Origin: Verrucomicrobiota bacterium
GTDB lineage: Bacteria > Verrucomicrobiota > Verrucomicrobiia > Opitutales > Coraliomargaritaceae
Length of the DNA stretch: 64,000 nucleotides
Assembly: GCA_039815375.1 (NCBI GenBank)
Contig: JBCBZJ010000011.1
Location: 38,192-102,191, forward strand
Direction: 5' to 3'
Shown here piece after piece: positions 9,321-19,213 of this stretch. Position numbers and translations under genes: made by a program. The notes under the pieces are model-generated. The model did not search any database. It had not been told where the DNA came from and saw only the letters and a program-made list of their open reading frames with translations. Positions within the stretch are counted from its first letter, which is position 1. Each line of letters starts with the position of its first letter.

Positions 9321-11098
9321 TCACGAAACATTCAAGATGTATTCCAGCCAGAAAAGTGGGATACCGATCCGCAATCGCTTTTGCTCTTGGCTTTCTAATG
9401 CTCTGGCAGAGTTGCCTGGCCGCAGACTCTGAGTCATTCGAAGCCGATGTCTGTGTCTACGGCGGAACCGCAAGCGGTGTGATGGCTGCCATCGCAGCAA
9501 AACGGGAAGGAGCCACAGTGATCCTCATTGAGCCCAGTCGCTGGCTAGGTGGTATGACTGGCGGCGGGATCAACCATCTTGACTGGGGTAAAGGGAATAC
9601 CGTGGGCGGCTCGACATATACGATACTGACAGAGGGATTGGAAAAACAAAAAAGAGCTCATCAAGGGCATGCGATTCTCGGTATAGGGAACAAAGAGTAT
9701 CGCGAGCGTTTCAAGAAAACCGTTGAGGAGCTGGGCATCACCGTCGTCTACGAACACCGTCTAGGTAAAGTTCACCTCGAAAACGCTGTCATTGCCTCCC
9801 CCACGCGCCAGAGGCCGATGACCTTGAACGACCACCCTGCAGTAGAAAACAAGGAGGGAAATTCAATCCGCGCCATTACCCTTGATTACGCTCCTGTCGA
9901 CAATACCGGATGCCCTATTCCCGAACCGAAGAAGCTCGATGCCATCACGGTCTCTGCCAATGTGTTTATCGATTGCTCCTATGAAGGCGACTTACTGGCG
10001 ATGAGTGGCGTTGGCTACACATGGGGACGGGAGTCGCGCGAGCACTATGATGAATCGCTTGCCGGAGTGCGTCCGAGTCTTTGGGTGCACGAGATCGACC
10101 CCTACCTCGAACCCGGCAAACCTGAAAGCGGATTAATCCCATTCATACAAGATCGGCAGATGGGGCCGGTGGGCAGTGCGGACTCGTTGACAATGGGGTA
10201 CTGTTTTCGGTTCGAGTTTGATAAGAGTGGCAAAGGCATACCGATTCCCGAACCCGCAAATTACGATCCTGCCGAATTTGAACTGTTTCGCCGGGCTTTT
10301 CGCAATGGCACCGACATATTCTACGGACGAAAGATGCGGGAACTCGGCAAAATCTCACAGGGAAAAGGGAAGCCCTTCATCGCATTTTCCAACTTGAATC
10401 GCAACCTGATGGCCTCAACCGTCTTTGGGTGTAACGAAGACTACCCGAACGGCGATTGGGCAACACGGTCACGGATCTGGAAATTCCATCAGGAGTTCTT
10501 CAGCAAGCTGGTTCACTTCATCAGAACCGATCCTCAGAGCCCTGAAAAATTGAAGCGGGATGCGGGGAAACTTTCCTTCAGAAGGGGCCCGTTTGATGAA
10601 ACCGGAGGCTGGCCCAGTCAGTTTTATGTTCGCGAAGCCCGCAGAATGGTATCGTCGTACGTCCTCACTCAGAAAGACCTTGAAGGTAAGACACATCCAT
10701 CGCATCCGGTGGGTATCGCCGCCTACGGGGTCGACGATTGGCCATATGCTACAGTCGTGGAGAATGGCAAGGTGGCACTGCAGGGCGGTGAATTTTCCAT
10801 CCTTTATCTGGACGACGGAAAATACAACGGCAGCTATCAAATCCCCTACGAGGCTATCGTGCCGCGCAAGGGAGAATGCAGCAATTTGATAGTGCCCGTT
10901 TGCCTTTCAGCCAGCCATATCGCTATGACATCCATCCGCATGGAACCGGTCTGGATGATTCTCGGCGAATCCGCGGGAGTGGCCGCCGCGATGGCGGTCG
11001 ATGCCGACATCCCCGTTCAGGAGCTTGCCTACCACAAGCTTCGCCCTAAGCTGAATGAACTAAACCAGATCCTCGAACGGAAAGAACAGGACAAGTAA
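9317..11098 (+). CDS. FAD-dependent oxidoreductase (FAD_oxidored family, often mislabelled xanthan lyase), exported
   Basis: VCVYGGTASGVMAAIAA Rossmann motif, LGGMTGGG, FIDCSYEGDL, YVREARRM, IPYEAIVP, SASHIA, RMEPVWM; ATGA overlap with the upstream sulfatase. Confidence 0.85.
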   Translation: MITKHSRCIPARKVGYRSAIAFALGFLMLWQSCLAADSESFEADVCVYGGTASGVMAAIAAKREGATVILIEPSRWLGGMTGGGINHLDWGKGNTVGGSTYTILTEGLEKQKRAHQGHAILGIGNKEYRERFKKTVEELGITVVYEHRLGKVHLENAVIASPTRQRPMTLNDHPAVENKEGNSIRAITLDYAPVDNTGCPIPEPKKLDAITVSANVFIDCSYEGDLLAMSGVGYTWGRESREHYDESLAGVRPSLWVHEIDPYLEPGKPESGLIPFIQDRQMGPVGSADSLTMGYCFRFEFDKSGKGIPIPEPANYDPAEFELFRRAFRNGTDIFYGRKMRELGKISQGKGKPFIAFSNLNRNLMASTVFGCNEDYPNGDWATRSRIWKFHQEFFSKLVHFIRTDPQSPEKLKRDAGKLSFRRGPFDETGGWPSQFYVREARRMVSSYVLTQKDLEGKTHPSHPVGIAAYGVDDWPYATVVENGKVALQGGEFSILYLDDGKYNGSYQIPYEAIVPRKGECSNLIVPVCLSASHIAMTSIRMEPVWMILGESAGVAAAMAVDADIPVQELAYHKLRPKLNELNQILERKEQDK

Positions 11099-11279
11099 AA
11101 AGTAACGCTATTCAAACGTGTTAAAAGCCCAAGCACTACACATCACTCCGCCAGAATACTGCTATTGGCTCTGAGCCTGAGTGTCGCTACTCAAAAGATC
11201 TTTTCCGCCGATAAGCTCAGGAACAACAAAGCTGATAACAAGTGGCTCTCTTGACAAAATCTTTAACAATCACTCCACA

Positions 11280-13529
11280 ATGAACAACAACGCCACCCTC
11301 AACCTGACATCGCGGATCTCAAGAATCTGCCTGATCGGCTTATCTCTAACTGTATTAGCTGCACTAACTGCAGTCGCACAGGCAAAACCGAATGTGGTCT
11401 TGATTTATGCCGATGATTTCGGATGGGGTGACCTTCGGCATCATAACGACCGACCCGAACATTTTCGTTATACACCTAATCTGGATGTCATGTTCGGTGA
11501 AGGTGTCGAACTGACAAACTACATGACCCACCCGGTCTGTTCACCTTCCCGAGCAGGATTGTTGACCGGCAAGCATTACGCTAAAGTAGCTGCCGGGCCG
11601 CGCACTGGCGGAACCCTACCTAACGATATACGCAATATTGCAAAAGACTTCCAAGCTGCTGGCTATCGAACAGGAGCATTCGGTAAATGGCACAATAGTT
11701 ATCCAAATTTTCCTGCCGATGGAAATGGGCGAATAGCGAACTACAATAAGGAGGGAAAGTTCAATGAGTTACATGGCCAGAAGACCTTGGACCTGACCGA
11801 CAATATTTTTGGGAATCATAAAGGATGGAAGTGGGGCGTTGGCGTCAATGCCTACGGTTTTGATCGTTGGGTAGGCTACTACAACGGTGGCGGTGATTTG
11901 TTTAACCGCTACGTTGATATTCATCATGATATTGATTGGTGGCATGACCGTTCCTATCGCAGCGATGAAAAAGGCTACACAACCGACCTGATCACGAAAT
12001 ATGCGCTCGAGTTCATCGAGCAAAGCAAAGGCGAACCTTTCTTCTGCTATATCCCTCATTTGGCCATTCACAATCCGCTGCAATTGAAGCGCTCGGATTT
12101 GATGGAGTTCTGTAGTCACTTGGATAGCAAACTTGGGATTAAGGGACAGTGGGACTATATCTCGAAAATTGTCAGCCCGAAGACTGGACGGAAAGTTGGC
12201 GAGGTCGAAGAGATCAGGTTTGGAAAAAACGAGGAGTTTGACCTCGCAAAACTAGACCGGAACAAGGGGCATTTAACCCATTTGGCTAATGCAGCATTTA
12301 TCTATACACTGGATAAAAGTGTCGGGATGGTTTTCCGCAAAATTGCTGATTTGGGTTTAGGCAAGAATACAATATTTGTTTTTGCCAGTGATAACGGCGG
12401 CACACCTCGGTCGGTCAACCTGCCGTTTCAGGGTGGCAAACATACCTTGTGGGAGGGAGGTGTCCATGTCCCCGCCGCCATTTGGTGGCCGGGCACATTT
12501 GATCGAAAAAACACACCTTACGCCCGTCGTCAGGGTGGAAGCTACGAGGGATTGATCGGATATATCGACCTCTACCCGACCCTCATGGCCATGACTCGCC
12601 AGCAATGCCAGGCGAAGGACCTGGATGGGATGAACTGCTGGCAACACCTGCAAAACGGAACCGAGTGCCGACCGGATGAGCTATCAGATGCATTCTTCTG
12701 GATGTGGGACAATTTCGGGACAATACGAACACGAAAGTGGAAATTATTTTATTCGGAGACCAGCCGTCCACGATTGTATGACATTCAAAGCGATGTTGCG
12801 GAGAAAAACAATGTCGCTGCCTCCCACCCTGAGGTGTGCAAGATCCTGATCGAACAATATCGTAATTGGATCAACGACAACAACTATTCCATGTCTTGGA
12901 TGGCCATAGAGGATAAAAACCTAAGCCATACGGAACCTGCACCTGAAGGCGATATCCTAGAGATTCGAGCAATACAAAACAAGCCGATCAAAAATCAAAA
13001 GCGCGACGGTACATATATACGGTTTGCAACCGGTAGTGGCTGGGAAGAAGAATATGACGCTTACGTGCATGCAGGCGACCGGGTTGAGTTTGATATTTTT
13101 GTCCGCGAAGACAGTGACGCTGTGACGGGGTGTTACTACACACCCGGTTCAGGCTGGAATCCCTACTTCAATGAGTCTAACGGAATTAATCAAGATGGAG
13201 AGCTTATAAACAATCTTGAGCTGCCTAAAGGCAAATGGGTACGTCAGGTAGTGGGCGTCGGCAATCTTTGCCCAGCTGTTATCAAGGTCAATTACATCGC
13301 GCTGCTTGGTAAAAATCCGGGGACCTACCATTATTATCTGGATAATATCGTTATCCGCAAAAGCGACGATGGCATTCGAAGCGTTATTTGGCAATCGAAG
13401 CCAGACCTGATCAATCTAATCTACCGCTATGGCAATAAGAATTATAATACACTCGAGAAGGCAAAAGAGAGCAAAGGATTCGCATTTAGCGATATAGAGC
13501 TTTCCGTTACCAGCCATTCACGAGAGTAG
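11280..13529 (+). CDS. Sulfatase (S1) with an extra ~200-aa C-terminal beta-rich domain
   Basis: KPNVVLIYADDFGWGD, VCSPSRAGLLTG, FGKWH, SDNGG, GGKHTLWEGGVHVP, LYDIQSDVAEKNNVA. Confidence 0.88.
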   Translation: MNNNATLNLTSRISRICLIGLSLTVLAALTAVAQAKPNVVLIYADDFGWGDLRHHNDRPEHFRYTPNLDVMFGEGVELTNYMTHPVCSPSRAGLLTGKHYAKVAAGPRTGGTLPNDIRNIAKDFQAAGYRTGAFGKWHNSYPNFPADGNGRIANYNKEGKFNELHGQKTLDLTDNIFGNHKGWKWGVGVNAYGFDRWVGYYNGGGDLFNRYVDIHHDIDWWHDRSYRSDEKGYTTDLITKYALEFIEQSKGEPFFCYIPHLAIHNPLQLKRSDLMEFCSHLDSKLGIKGQWDYISKIVSPKTGRKVGEVEEIRFGKNEEFDLAKLDRNKGHLTHLANAAFIYTLDKSVGMVFRKIADLGLGKNTIFVFASDNGGTPRSVNLPFQGGKHTLWEGGVHVPAAIWWPGTFDRKNTPYARRQGGSYEGLIGYIDLYPTLMAMTRQQCQAKDLDGMNCWQHLQNGTECRPDELSDAFFWMWDNFGTIRTRKWKLFYSETSRPRLYDIQSDVAEKNNVAASHPEVCKILIEQYRNWINDNNYSMSWMAIEDKNLSHTEPAPEGDILEIRAIQNKPIKNQKRDGTYIRFATGSGWEEEYDAYVHAGDRVEFDIFVREDSDAVTGCYYTPGSGWNPYFNESNGINQDGELINNLELPKGKWVRQVVGVGNLCPAVIKVNYIALLGKNPGTYHYYLDNIVIRKSDDGIRSVIWQSKPDLINLIYRYGNKNYNTLEKAKESKGFAFSDIELSVTSHSRE

Positions 13530-13848
13530 AAATCTGAGTATTTGTTATCATCCCCGAGATAACTGCCCCACCCCTAGAAAGGCAATCCCCTCTACCTGAT
13601 TGTTAACCTGAAATAATCCGGGAAAGTCGCTTCTTATCCATAGAGATCACAAATTTCGTTAGTAACAACTGCTCCTTCTCATGATTGTTTTATACGGGAA
13701 AGTTCCAGGCCGTTATCGAAAGACAAACGATTATGCATCGATTTTAGAGGCACCTCTCAGGCCGAAGTCTAGCTCGGACCAACACCGCTCGGCAACTGAT
13801 GCTATGACTGTATCGACTCTCAATATAATCTGAACACTTTTATCGAAT

Positions 13849-16800
13849 TTGAACGCGCTACGATACACAATCATAACCCTGTCAATTCTTTGCGGTAGTG
13901 TGCAGGCCATAGCACTATCGCAGCGCGACTTCAGAGAAATTGCCTCGCTGGTTGAAAATCGGAAGATGTCCGATGAAAAAAAGGTAACGGCTGCAATATT
14001 GAAGCTCGGGAAATCAGACCATAACGAAGCCGTGCCTCTGCTCCTGGAAGTTCTCAAGTCGGCTCCGCGGGCCAGTGGCAATAATGAGGCCGAACGGCTT
14101 ACCAAAACCCTCGGCGGAAGGCTCAGCCTTGCGGCACTCGAATCTCTGGGCCAGCTCGGTCCAAAAGCTGCGGAAGCAGTACCCTTTCTCCTTAGTGAAA
14201 ACTTCTTTCTAATAAAAGGTGGCTACACCTCAAAGAACAAGCCTCTGCGGATGGCTACGATCAACACCTTAATCAAGATCGGTAAGCCTGCAGTTCCTCA
14301 AGTAGTCGAAATGCTCTCGATGCCGAATGGCAGGAACCACTTCAGATGGCAGTGGTGGGGAAAGGAGATCCTGCAACAAATGGCGACCGATCCGGAACTG
14401 GCAGACGCCATTGTCGAGGCCGTCGTCCAGGCTGCTGAAGGAGGAACGCTCAAGGGCGAGCAACTCTCCATCTTTGAGATTCTGCCACCAGCGGCCGAGG
14501 AAGAAGCCATACGGGCGATGGGAGCACAGGTCATTCAGCCGATCCTCGATGCAATCGCAAAGGCCGGCGCTGACGACATGACGATGAATCTGGGGATTCG
14601 TCAGCCGAAAGCGATCAAACTGTATCTCAAGCTCCGGCAAATGGATAAAATCCTTGGTGGTAATGAAGTCATGGAGGCTATTGAGAACGCCTTGGCGGCC
14701 TACTCGGGCGCTACCGAAGAGCAGGGAATCAAGACAGCAAAGGACCACGAATCACCCAACAAGGTCTGGAAAAAGCAGGTGATGTTGATCGATGCCCTTG
14801 CAATGCTGGGGGAGAAATCGGTTCCCGCCCTAATTCGGGCCTTGGACAATGATCGCCACCGCAAACTGCTCTTCGACAGACTCGGGCCCAATGTCCCGCA
14901 TAACCACCTGATTTCCAGCATTGCGGAACACGGCAGCAGGAGCAATTCCGATTTCAGATTCTACTATTCGCTTGGCCTTTGTGTCGGGTCGGATGCGGAA
15001 ATGGCGAAGCAAATGGTAGGCCGCCTTGCTACCGACGAACATGCCATGGTAGGCTACCTGAGTATGGTATTGGATCGAATGGCACCCGCCAGTATCGATC
15101 CGGTTGCTGTAAAGCTTCGTAGCAAAGAGAGCGATTGGTATGGCCGATGGGCCGCAGCCGGCGTCCTTGAGCTGATGGGACCCAAGGCCAAGCAGGCTGC
15201 TCCAACACTGAAGCTGACTCTGGCAGATGAAAAGGAGGACCTAGCCGTGCGTGTAGCTGCAGCCAAAGCACTGGCAAGGATTCAAGGGATGGATGTCTTT
15301 GATCTGCTGCAACAGATTCCCAATGTAGAAGAGCGTATCCTATCAGACACCCATGCCAAAGCACTAGCCTGGCGCAAGGCCTACGCAGCACGCGAAGGCA
15401 CCCGGGAAGTTCCGGATAGCGACTGGGGCAAGATGGCATGGTTGCCTCATGCCATCTGCGGCGGTGGCAATATTGAGATAGCCAATCAAGAGCTGAAGAA
15501 ATGCGCAGAACGCGGGTCAGTCGGCTCGTTCATGGATGTCAATATGGTCCGGGCTTTCATGGCCTGCTACAGCAAAAGTGAGTATTTCCCTGGCCGCTTG
15601 TATCCAGACACAGAAGCAGCCATGAAAGAATATTTCTTCAAGCATGGAAAGTATGCGATGTCGGCGAAAGAATTGCGGGAGAACGCGAAGAAGCACTACG
15701 GCAAGATCAATACCAACATCCCGATCAATTTCAGCACCCGCTATTACCTGAGCCTCGGCGTCCTCAAGGATGACCCGGAATACCGGAACCGTAAATTCAA
15801 AGAAGGCGATACCGTAATCGAGCGCTACGAAGCATGGAACGAGTTCTTCAAGGAATTTTTGAAATTCTGGGCGCTCAACGGACTATGGGTAGAGCATGCC
15901 TCCAGCAATTATGAATATCATACCTACCCTTCCTATTTCAATTTGGCCGATTTTGCTCCCGATCCAGTGGTACGGCAGCGTGCCCGGATGTTTCTCGACC
16001 TTGCCTTGATCGAACGTGAGCAAATAACCATCTCACATCTGAGGGGTGGTAGCAAAAGCCGGGCGAAAAAAGGCGGACTTGGTTCAAGCTTCAACCCGTA
16101 TGTCGGTCTGCTCTATGGTGAACGGGGCAGCATTTCCAGCCATTCGCAGATCTCGACTTCCGGGTATATGCCGCCGGACGCTGCGGTGCTTCTTCGTAAA
16201 TTCGGACCCACTACACCGCATTATGAAATCCATAACACTCACTGGGGCGGAAAAGGACCATCCGGAATCAGTCGTGCCTACAACTATGCCTATTGCACAC
16301 CGGAGTATATCATCGGCGCAGCCACCTATGACCCTAACGTGGGGCATGGAAAGAATACCCTGGGTCAGTGGAGTGGCGTCATCTTCCGTGATCTGGCGGC
16401 TATCTCGATGGATGCCTACACTGGCGAGAAATGGTGCGTTCAGGACAAAGACGCACTGATCTTACAGCGATGCACGGTGCAGGGTTACAGCGGCTGGCCG
16501 AAGATCAATTTCGAATCCGGATTTGAAAAGGTCGAAAAGGATGGCTGGATCTTTGTCAATAACGGCGAGGCCTTTGCTGGCGTAAAGGTCGTCGCCGGTG
16601 GCTATTTCTGGGGCGATCCGATCAAACGGACGCTCTACCTCGGCGATCAACTCTCTCCGGTAATCATCCAGACCGGAACCTTAAAAGACTATAACTCGTT
16701 CGCCGCTTTTCAGGAGGCTATCTGCAAGGCACAACTGGACTTCAAAGACGATACGATGTTCTACCAGGGCCCCGGTGTGGCAAAACTTGAGCTCACTTGC

Positions 16801-17217
16801 ATCACTGCCGAACAGGTCGCAATGGATAAGCAGAGAATGAGTGCCTATAACCAAGCCTTTGATGCATACTGCAAAGAAATTGAAAAAACACATGGGTTGA
16901 AAATCAAGGAACGCATCAAGAGCGAACGAATTAGTAAAGGCGCGAAACCCTGGTCAGGCGTTGCAAACCAGAACTACAAAAAAGAAATCAAAGCCATCGC
17001 CGCCCCTCTCTGGGAAGCACGGGGGATGACACCACCAATACCCGACTACCCACTTCCACAGATTCAGGACCAAACCATCAAATTCGGAGCAGATCAGGAA
17101 TATGTCTACCGCAGCCCGTATATGGAAAGAAAGCAAGAAAGCGAGGTCGTGACGGTCCGCTACGGCGAGCGAACATGGATCTATGATTTTAGCCGGAACT
17201 CGGTTAGCGAGTTGTAG
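13849..17217 (+). CDS. Large exported protein: N-terminal HEAT/PBS-lyase-like repeats plus an uncharacterised C-terminal domain
   Basis: 1122-aa ORF with TTG start and signal peptide. Repeated LGxxGxxAxxAVPxL and VRVAAAKALARI helices in the N-terminal half. C-terminal half has no family motif I can name. Confidence 0.75.
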   Translation: MNALRYTIITLSILCGSVQAIALSQRDFREIASLVENRKMSDEKKVTAAILKLGKSDHNEAVPLLLEVLKSAPRASGNNEAERLTKTLGGRLSLAALESLGQLGPKAAEAVPFLLSENFFLIKGGYTSKNKPLRMATINTLIKIGKPAVPQVVEMLSMPNGRNHFRWQWWGKEILQQMATDPELADAIVEAVVQAAEGGTLKGEQLSIFEILPPAAEEEAIRAMGAQVIQPILDAIAKAGADDMTMNLGIRQPKAIKLYLKLRQMDKILGGNEVMEAIENALAAYSGATEEQGIKTAKDHESPNKVWKKQVMLIDALAMLGEKSVPALIRALDNDRHRKLLFDRLGPNVPHNHLISSIAEHGSRSNSDFRFYYSLGLCVGSDAEMAKQMVGRLATDEHAMVGYLSMVLDRMAPASIDPVAVKLRSKESDWYGRWAAAGVLELMGPKAKQAAPTLKLTLADEKEDLAVRVAAAKALARIQGMDVFDLLQQIPNVEERILSDTHAKALAWRKAYAAREGTREVPDSDWGKMAWLPHAICGGGNIEIANQELKKCAERGSVGSFMDVNMVRAFMACYSKSEYFPGRLYPDTEAAMKEYFFKHGKYAMSAKELRENAKKHYGKINTNIPINFSTRYYLSLGVLKDDPEYRNRKFKEGDTVIERYEAWNEFFKEFLKFWALNGLWVEHASSNYEYHTYPSYFNLADFAPDPVVRQRARMFLDLALIEREQITISHLRGGSKSRAKKGGLGSSFNPYVGLLYGERGSISSHSQISTSGYMPPDAAVLLRKFGPTTPHYEIHNTHWGGKGPSGISRAYNYAYCTPEYIIGAATYDPNVGHGKNTLGQWSGVIFRDLAAISMDAYTGEKWCVQDKDALILQRCTVQGYSGWPKINFESGFEKVEKDGWIFVNNGEAFAGVKVVAGGYFWGDPIKRTLYLGDQLSPVIIQTGTLKDYNSFAAFQEAICKAQLDFKDDTMFYQGPGVAKLELTCITAEQVAMDKQRMSAYNQAFDAYCKEIEKTHGLKIKERIKSERISKGAKPWSGVANQNYKKEIKAIAAPLWEARGMTPPIPDYPLPQIQDQTIKFGADQEYVYRSPYMERKQESEVVTVRYGERTWIYDFSRNSVSEL

Positions 17218-17448
17218 ACAGACCCTCTTCACGACTTCAAGCGCTGACTCTAATGATTATACAAATGAAACATATGAATGATCAAATATGGCCTCGGAAC
17301 CGGAAACAATTAAGGTCATCGAAAACTTAAAGAGTCATCTACCTACTTCTGAATCTCATACAGGTAAGTCGAAGCGATAGTTGAAAAATCAGTTCTGGAA
17401 ACGTCACTCAAAACATAATCGGGAATATCCTCTAGGTTCTTACAAAAC

Positions 17449-18831
17449 ATGAATACAGAGACTTTAGTAAAAATCCTAAATTTTTCTTTGGCCTTCAGCA
17501 CATTTTTTTGTGGGAAAATACAGGCAGAACCACTACAGCAACCTAACGTCGTCATCATTTTACTGGATGATTCCGGGTATGGAGACTTCCATCCATTTGG
17601 TGATCCACCGTATGAGACACCGAATGTTGAGCAGCTCGCTGCAGAAGGTATGCGCTTGAACAATTTCTATATTCCTCAAGCAGTCTGCTCCGCCTCACGT
17701 TCCGCCTTGTTAAGCGGCTCTTTACCTGGTCGCACAAAGGTATTCGGAGCGCTCGGCCCAAAAGACGAAGGGCTTGATCCGAAATTCATGACTATGGCGG
17801 AAATGTTCAGGAAGAACGGATACACAACAGCACATTTCGGCAAGTGGCATTGTGGTGACACACCGGAAACGCGCCCTATGGCTAGAGGCTTTGATGAACA
17901 TGCCGGTCTCATGTACTCGAATGACATGTGGAAACATCATCCCAAGAACCCGGAGCATTGGGGCAAACACCCGCTGGAGTACTGGGAAAATGGCAGAGTT
18001 AAAATTACCGACGTTTCAAACAAAGATCAGACGCAACTGACGACATGGTCTACCGAATACGCAGTTGATTTCATTCATCGGAGCAGTGAAAAGCCTTTCT
18101 TCCTCTATCTCGCCCATTCGATGCCACATGTGCCGATATTCTGTAGCGATAAATTCCTCGGTAAATCCGGGGTCGGTTTGTATGGAGATGTGATCATGGA
18201 GCTCGACTGGTCAGTCGGAGAGGTCATGGCCGCAATCAACGATGCAGGCGTCGGACGAAAGACGATTGTCATTTTTACTTCCGACAACGGACCATGGTCT
18301 GATTATGGAGACCACGCTGGCATTACGCCATTCAGAGCATACAAGACTACCAGCTTCGACGGTGGGATTCGGATGGCAACAATCATGAAATACCCCGAAA
18401 AAATTCAGGCAGGCTCTGAGATGCATCGGATCACTAGCTCGATCGATCTTCTGCCGACCCTTGCTCACCTAACCCACACACCGCTTCCAGATAATGAAAT
18501 CGATGGCAAAAATATATGGTCAATCATCTCGGAAGAACAGGGCACAGACCTTGCCCATGACTATTATCCAATCTCAACCGGAAGGAAGCTGGAGGCAATC
18601 ATCAGTGGCGACGGGCAGTGGAAGTTGCATTTGCCGCACAATTACAGGCATATCCTTAAAGCAGGCAAGGATGGCAAGCCCGGACAGACGAGCAGACGTG
18701 CCATTGAACTATCACTTTTTAATCTTGGAGATGATCCCACTGAATCCAACAACCTGATTGACCAATATCCGGAAATTGCCACGAAACTAAAAGCTTATGT
18801 AGATCAACATAAACAGAGATTCTACGAGTAG
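17449..18831 (+). CDS. Sulfatase (S1, arylsulfatase A-like)
   Basis: PNVVIILLDDSGYGD, VCSASRSALL, FGKWHCG, HSMPHVP, FTSDNGPW, LFNLGDDPTESNNL. Confidence 0.92.
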   Translation: MNTETLVKILNFSLAFSTFFCGKIQAEPLQQPNVVIILLDDSGYGDFHPFGDPPYETPNVEQLAAEGMRLNNFYIPQAVCSASRSALLSGSLPGRTKVFGALGPKDEGLDPKFMTMAEMFRKNGYTTAHFGKWHCGDTPETRPMARGFDEHAGLMYSNDMWKHHPKNPEHWGKHPLEYWENGRVKITDVSNKDQTQLTTWSTEYAVDFIHRSSEKPFFLYLAHSMPHVPIFCSDKFLGKSGVGLYGDVIMELDWSVGEVMAAINDAGVGRKTIVIFTSDNGPWSDYGDHAGITPFRAYKTTSFDGGIRMATIMKYPEKIQAGSEMHRITSSIDLLPTLAHLTHTPLPDNEIDGKNIWSIISEEQGTDLAHDYYPISTGRKLEAIISGDGQWKLHLPHNYRHILKAGKDGKPGQTSRRAIELSLFNLGDDPTESNNLIDQYPEIATKLKAYVDQHKQRFYE

Positions 18832-18882
18832 GTAAGCGAAGCAATTCTAACAAAATGCGTCTTTCGCTAGTCATTCAGATGA

Positions 18883-18966
18883 AACGTAGACGTAATCCCG
18901 ATTAGCAGAGCGCTCATTGCAGGTTTCCTAGGCCTCGCATCTGTAATGGTGCGTAGACGCGCTTAA
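18883..18966 (+). pseudogene. Orphan, decayed PEP-CTERM sorting-signal tail
   Basis: Frame reads *NVDVIPISRALIAGFLGLASVMVRRRA*, with an in-frame TGA at 18880 and no upstream start codon. The hydrophobic helix plus RRR matches a PEP-CTERM tail, but PEP is degraded. A terminator follows. Confidence 0.6.
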
Positions 18967-19002
18967 GTAAACATACCTATTGCTGGTTAAAGATACTTTA
19001 TC

Positions 19003-19035
19003 AGGCCGCGGTCGTTCACGATTGCGGCCTTTTTT
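19003..19035 (+). terminator. Rho-independent terminator
   Basis: AGGCCGCGGTCG-TTCA-CGATTGCGGCCT stem (two G-U pairs) followed by a T tract. Confidence 0.85.
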
Positions 19036-19213
19036 GTTTTTGCATCATATGTCTAAGGGTGTTGCTCGAGAAGTAATACCAATTTGAAAAAGTTTTGGCG
19101 CTATATTGACCTCAAGTTTCGAACTTTTTTACTTGATCTATTGAAGCCTGTAATTAGATTATTTGTTTAATCAGTTAAATTTTACTTCTAGTTCTACTGT
19201 CCAAATCACTATT

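Noticed and set aside
11102..11250. Signal-peptide-like reading ARILLLALSLSVATQ in an intergenic gap
   Set aside because: No convincing start codon, very short, could arise by chance.
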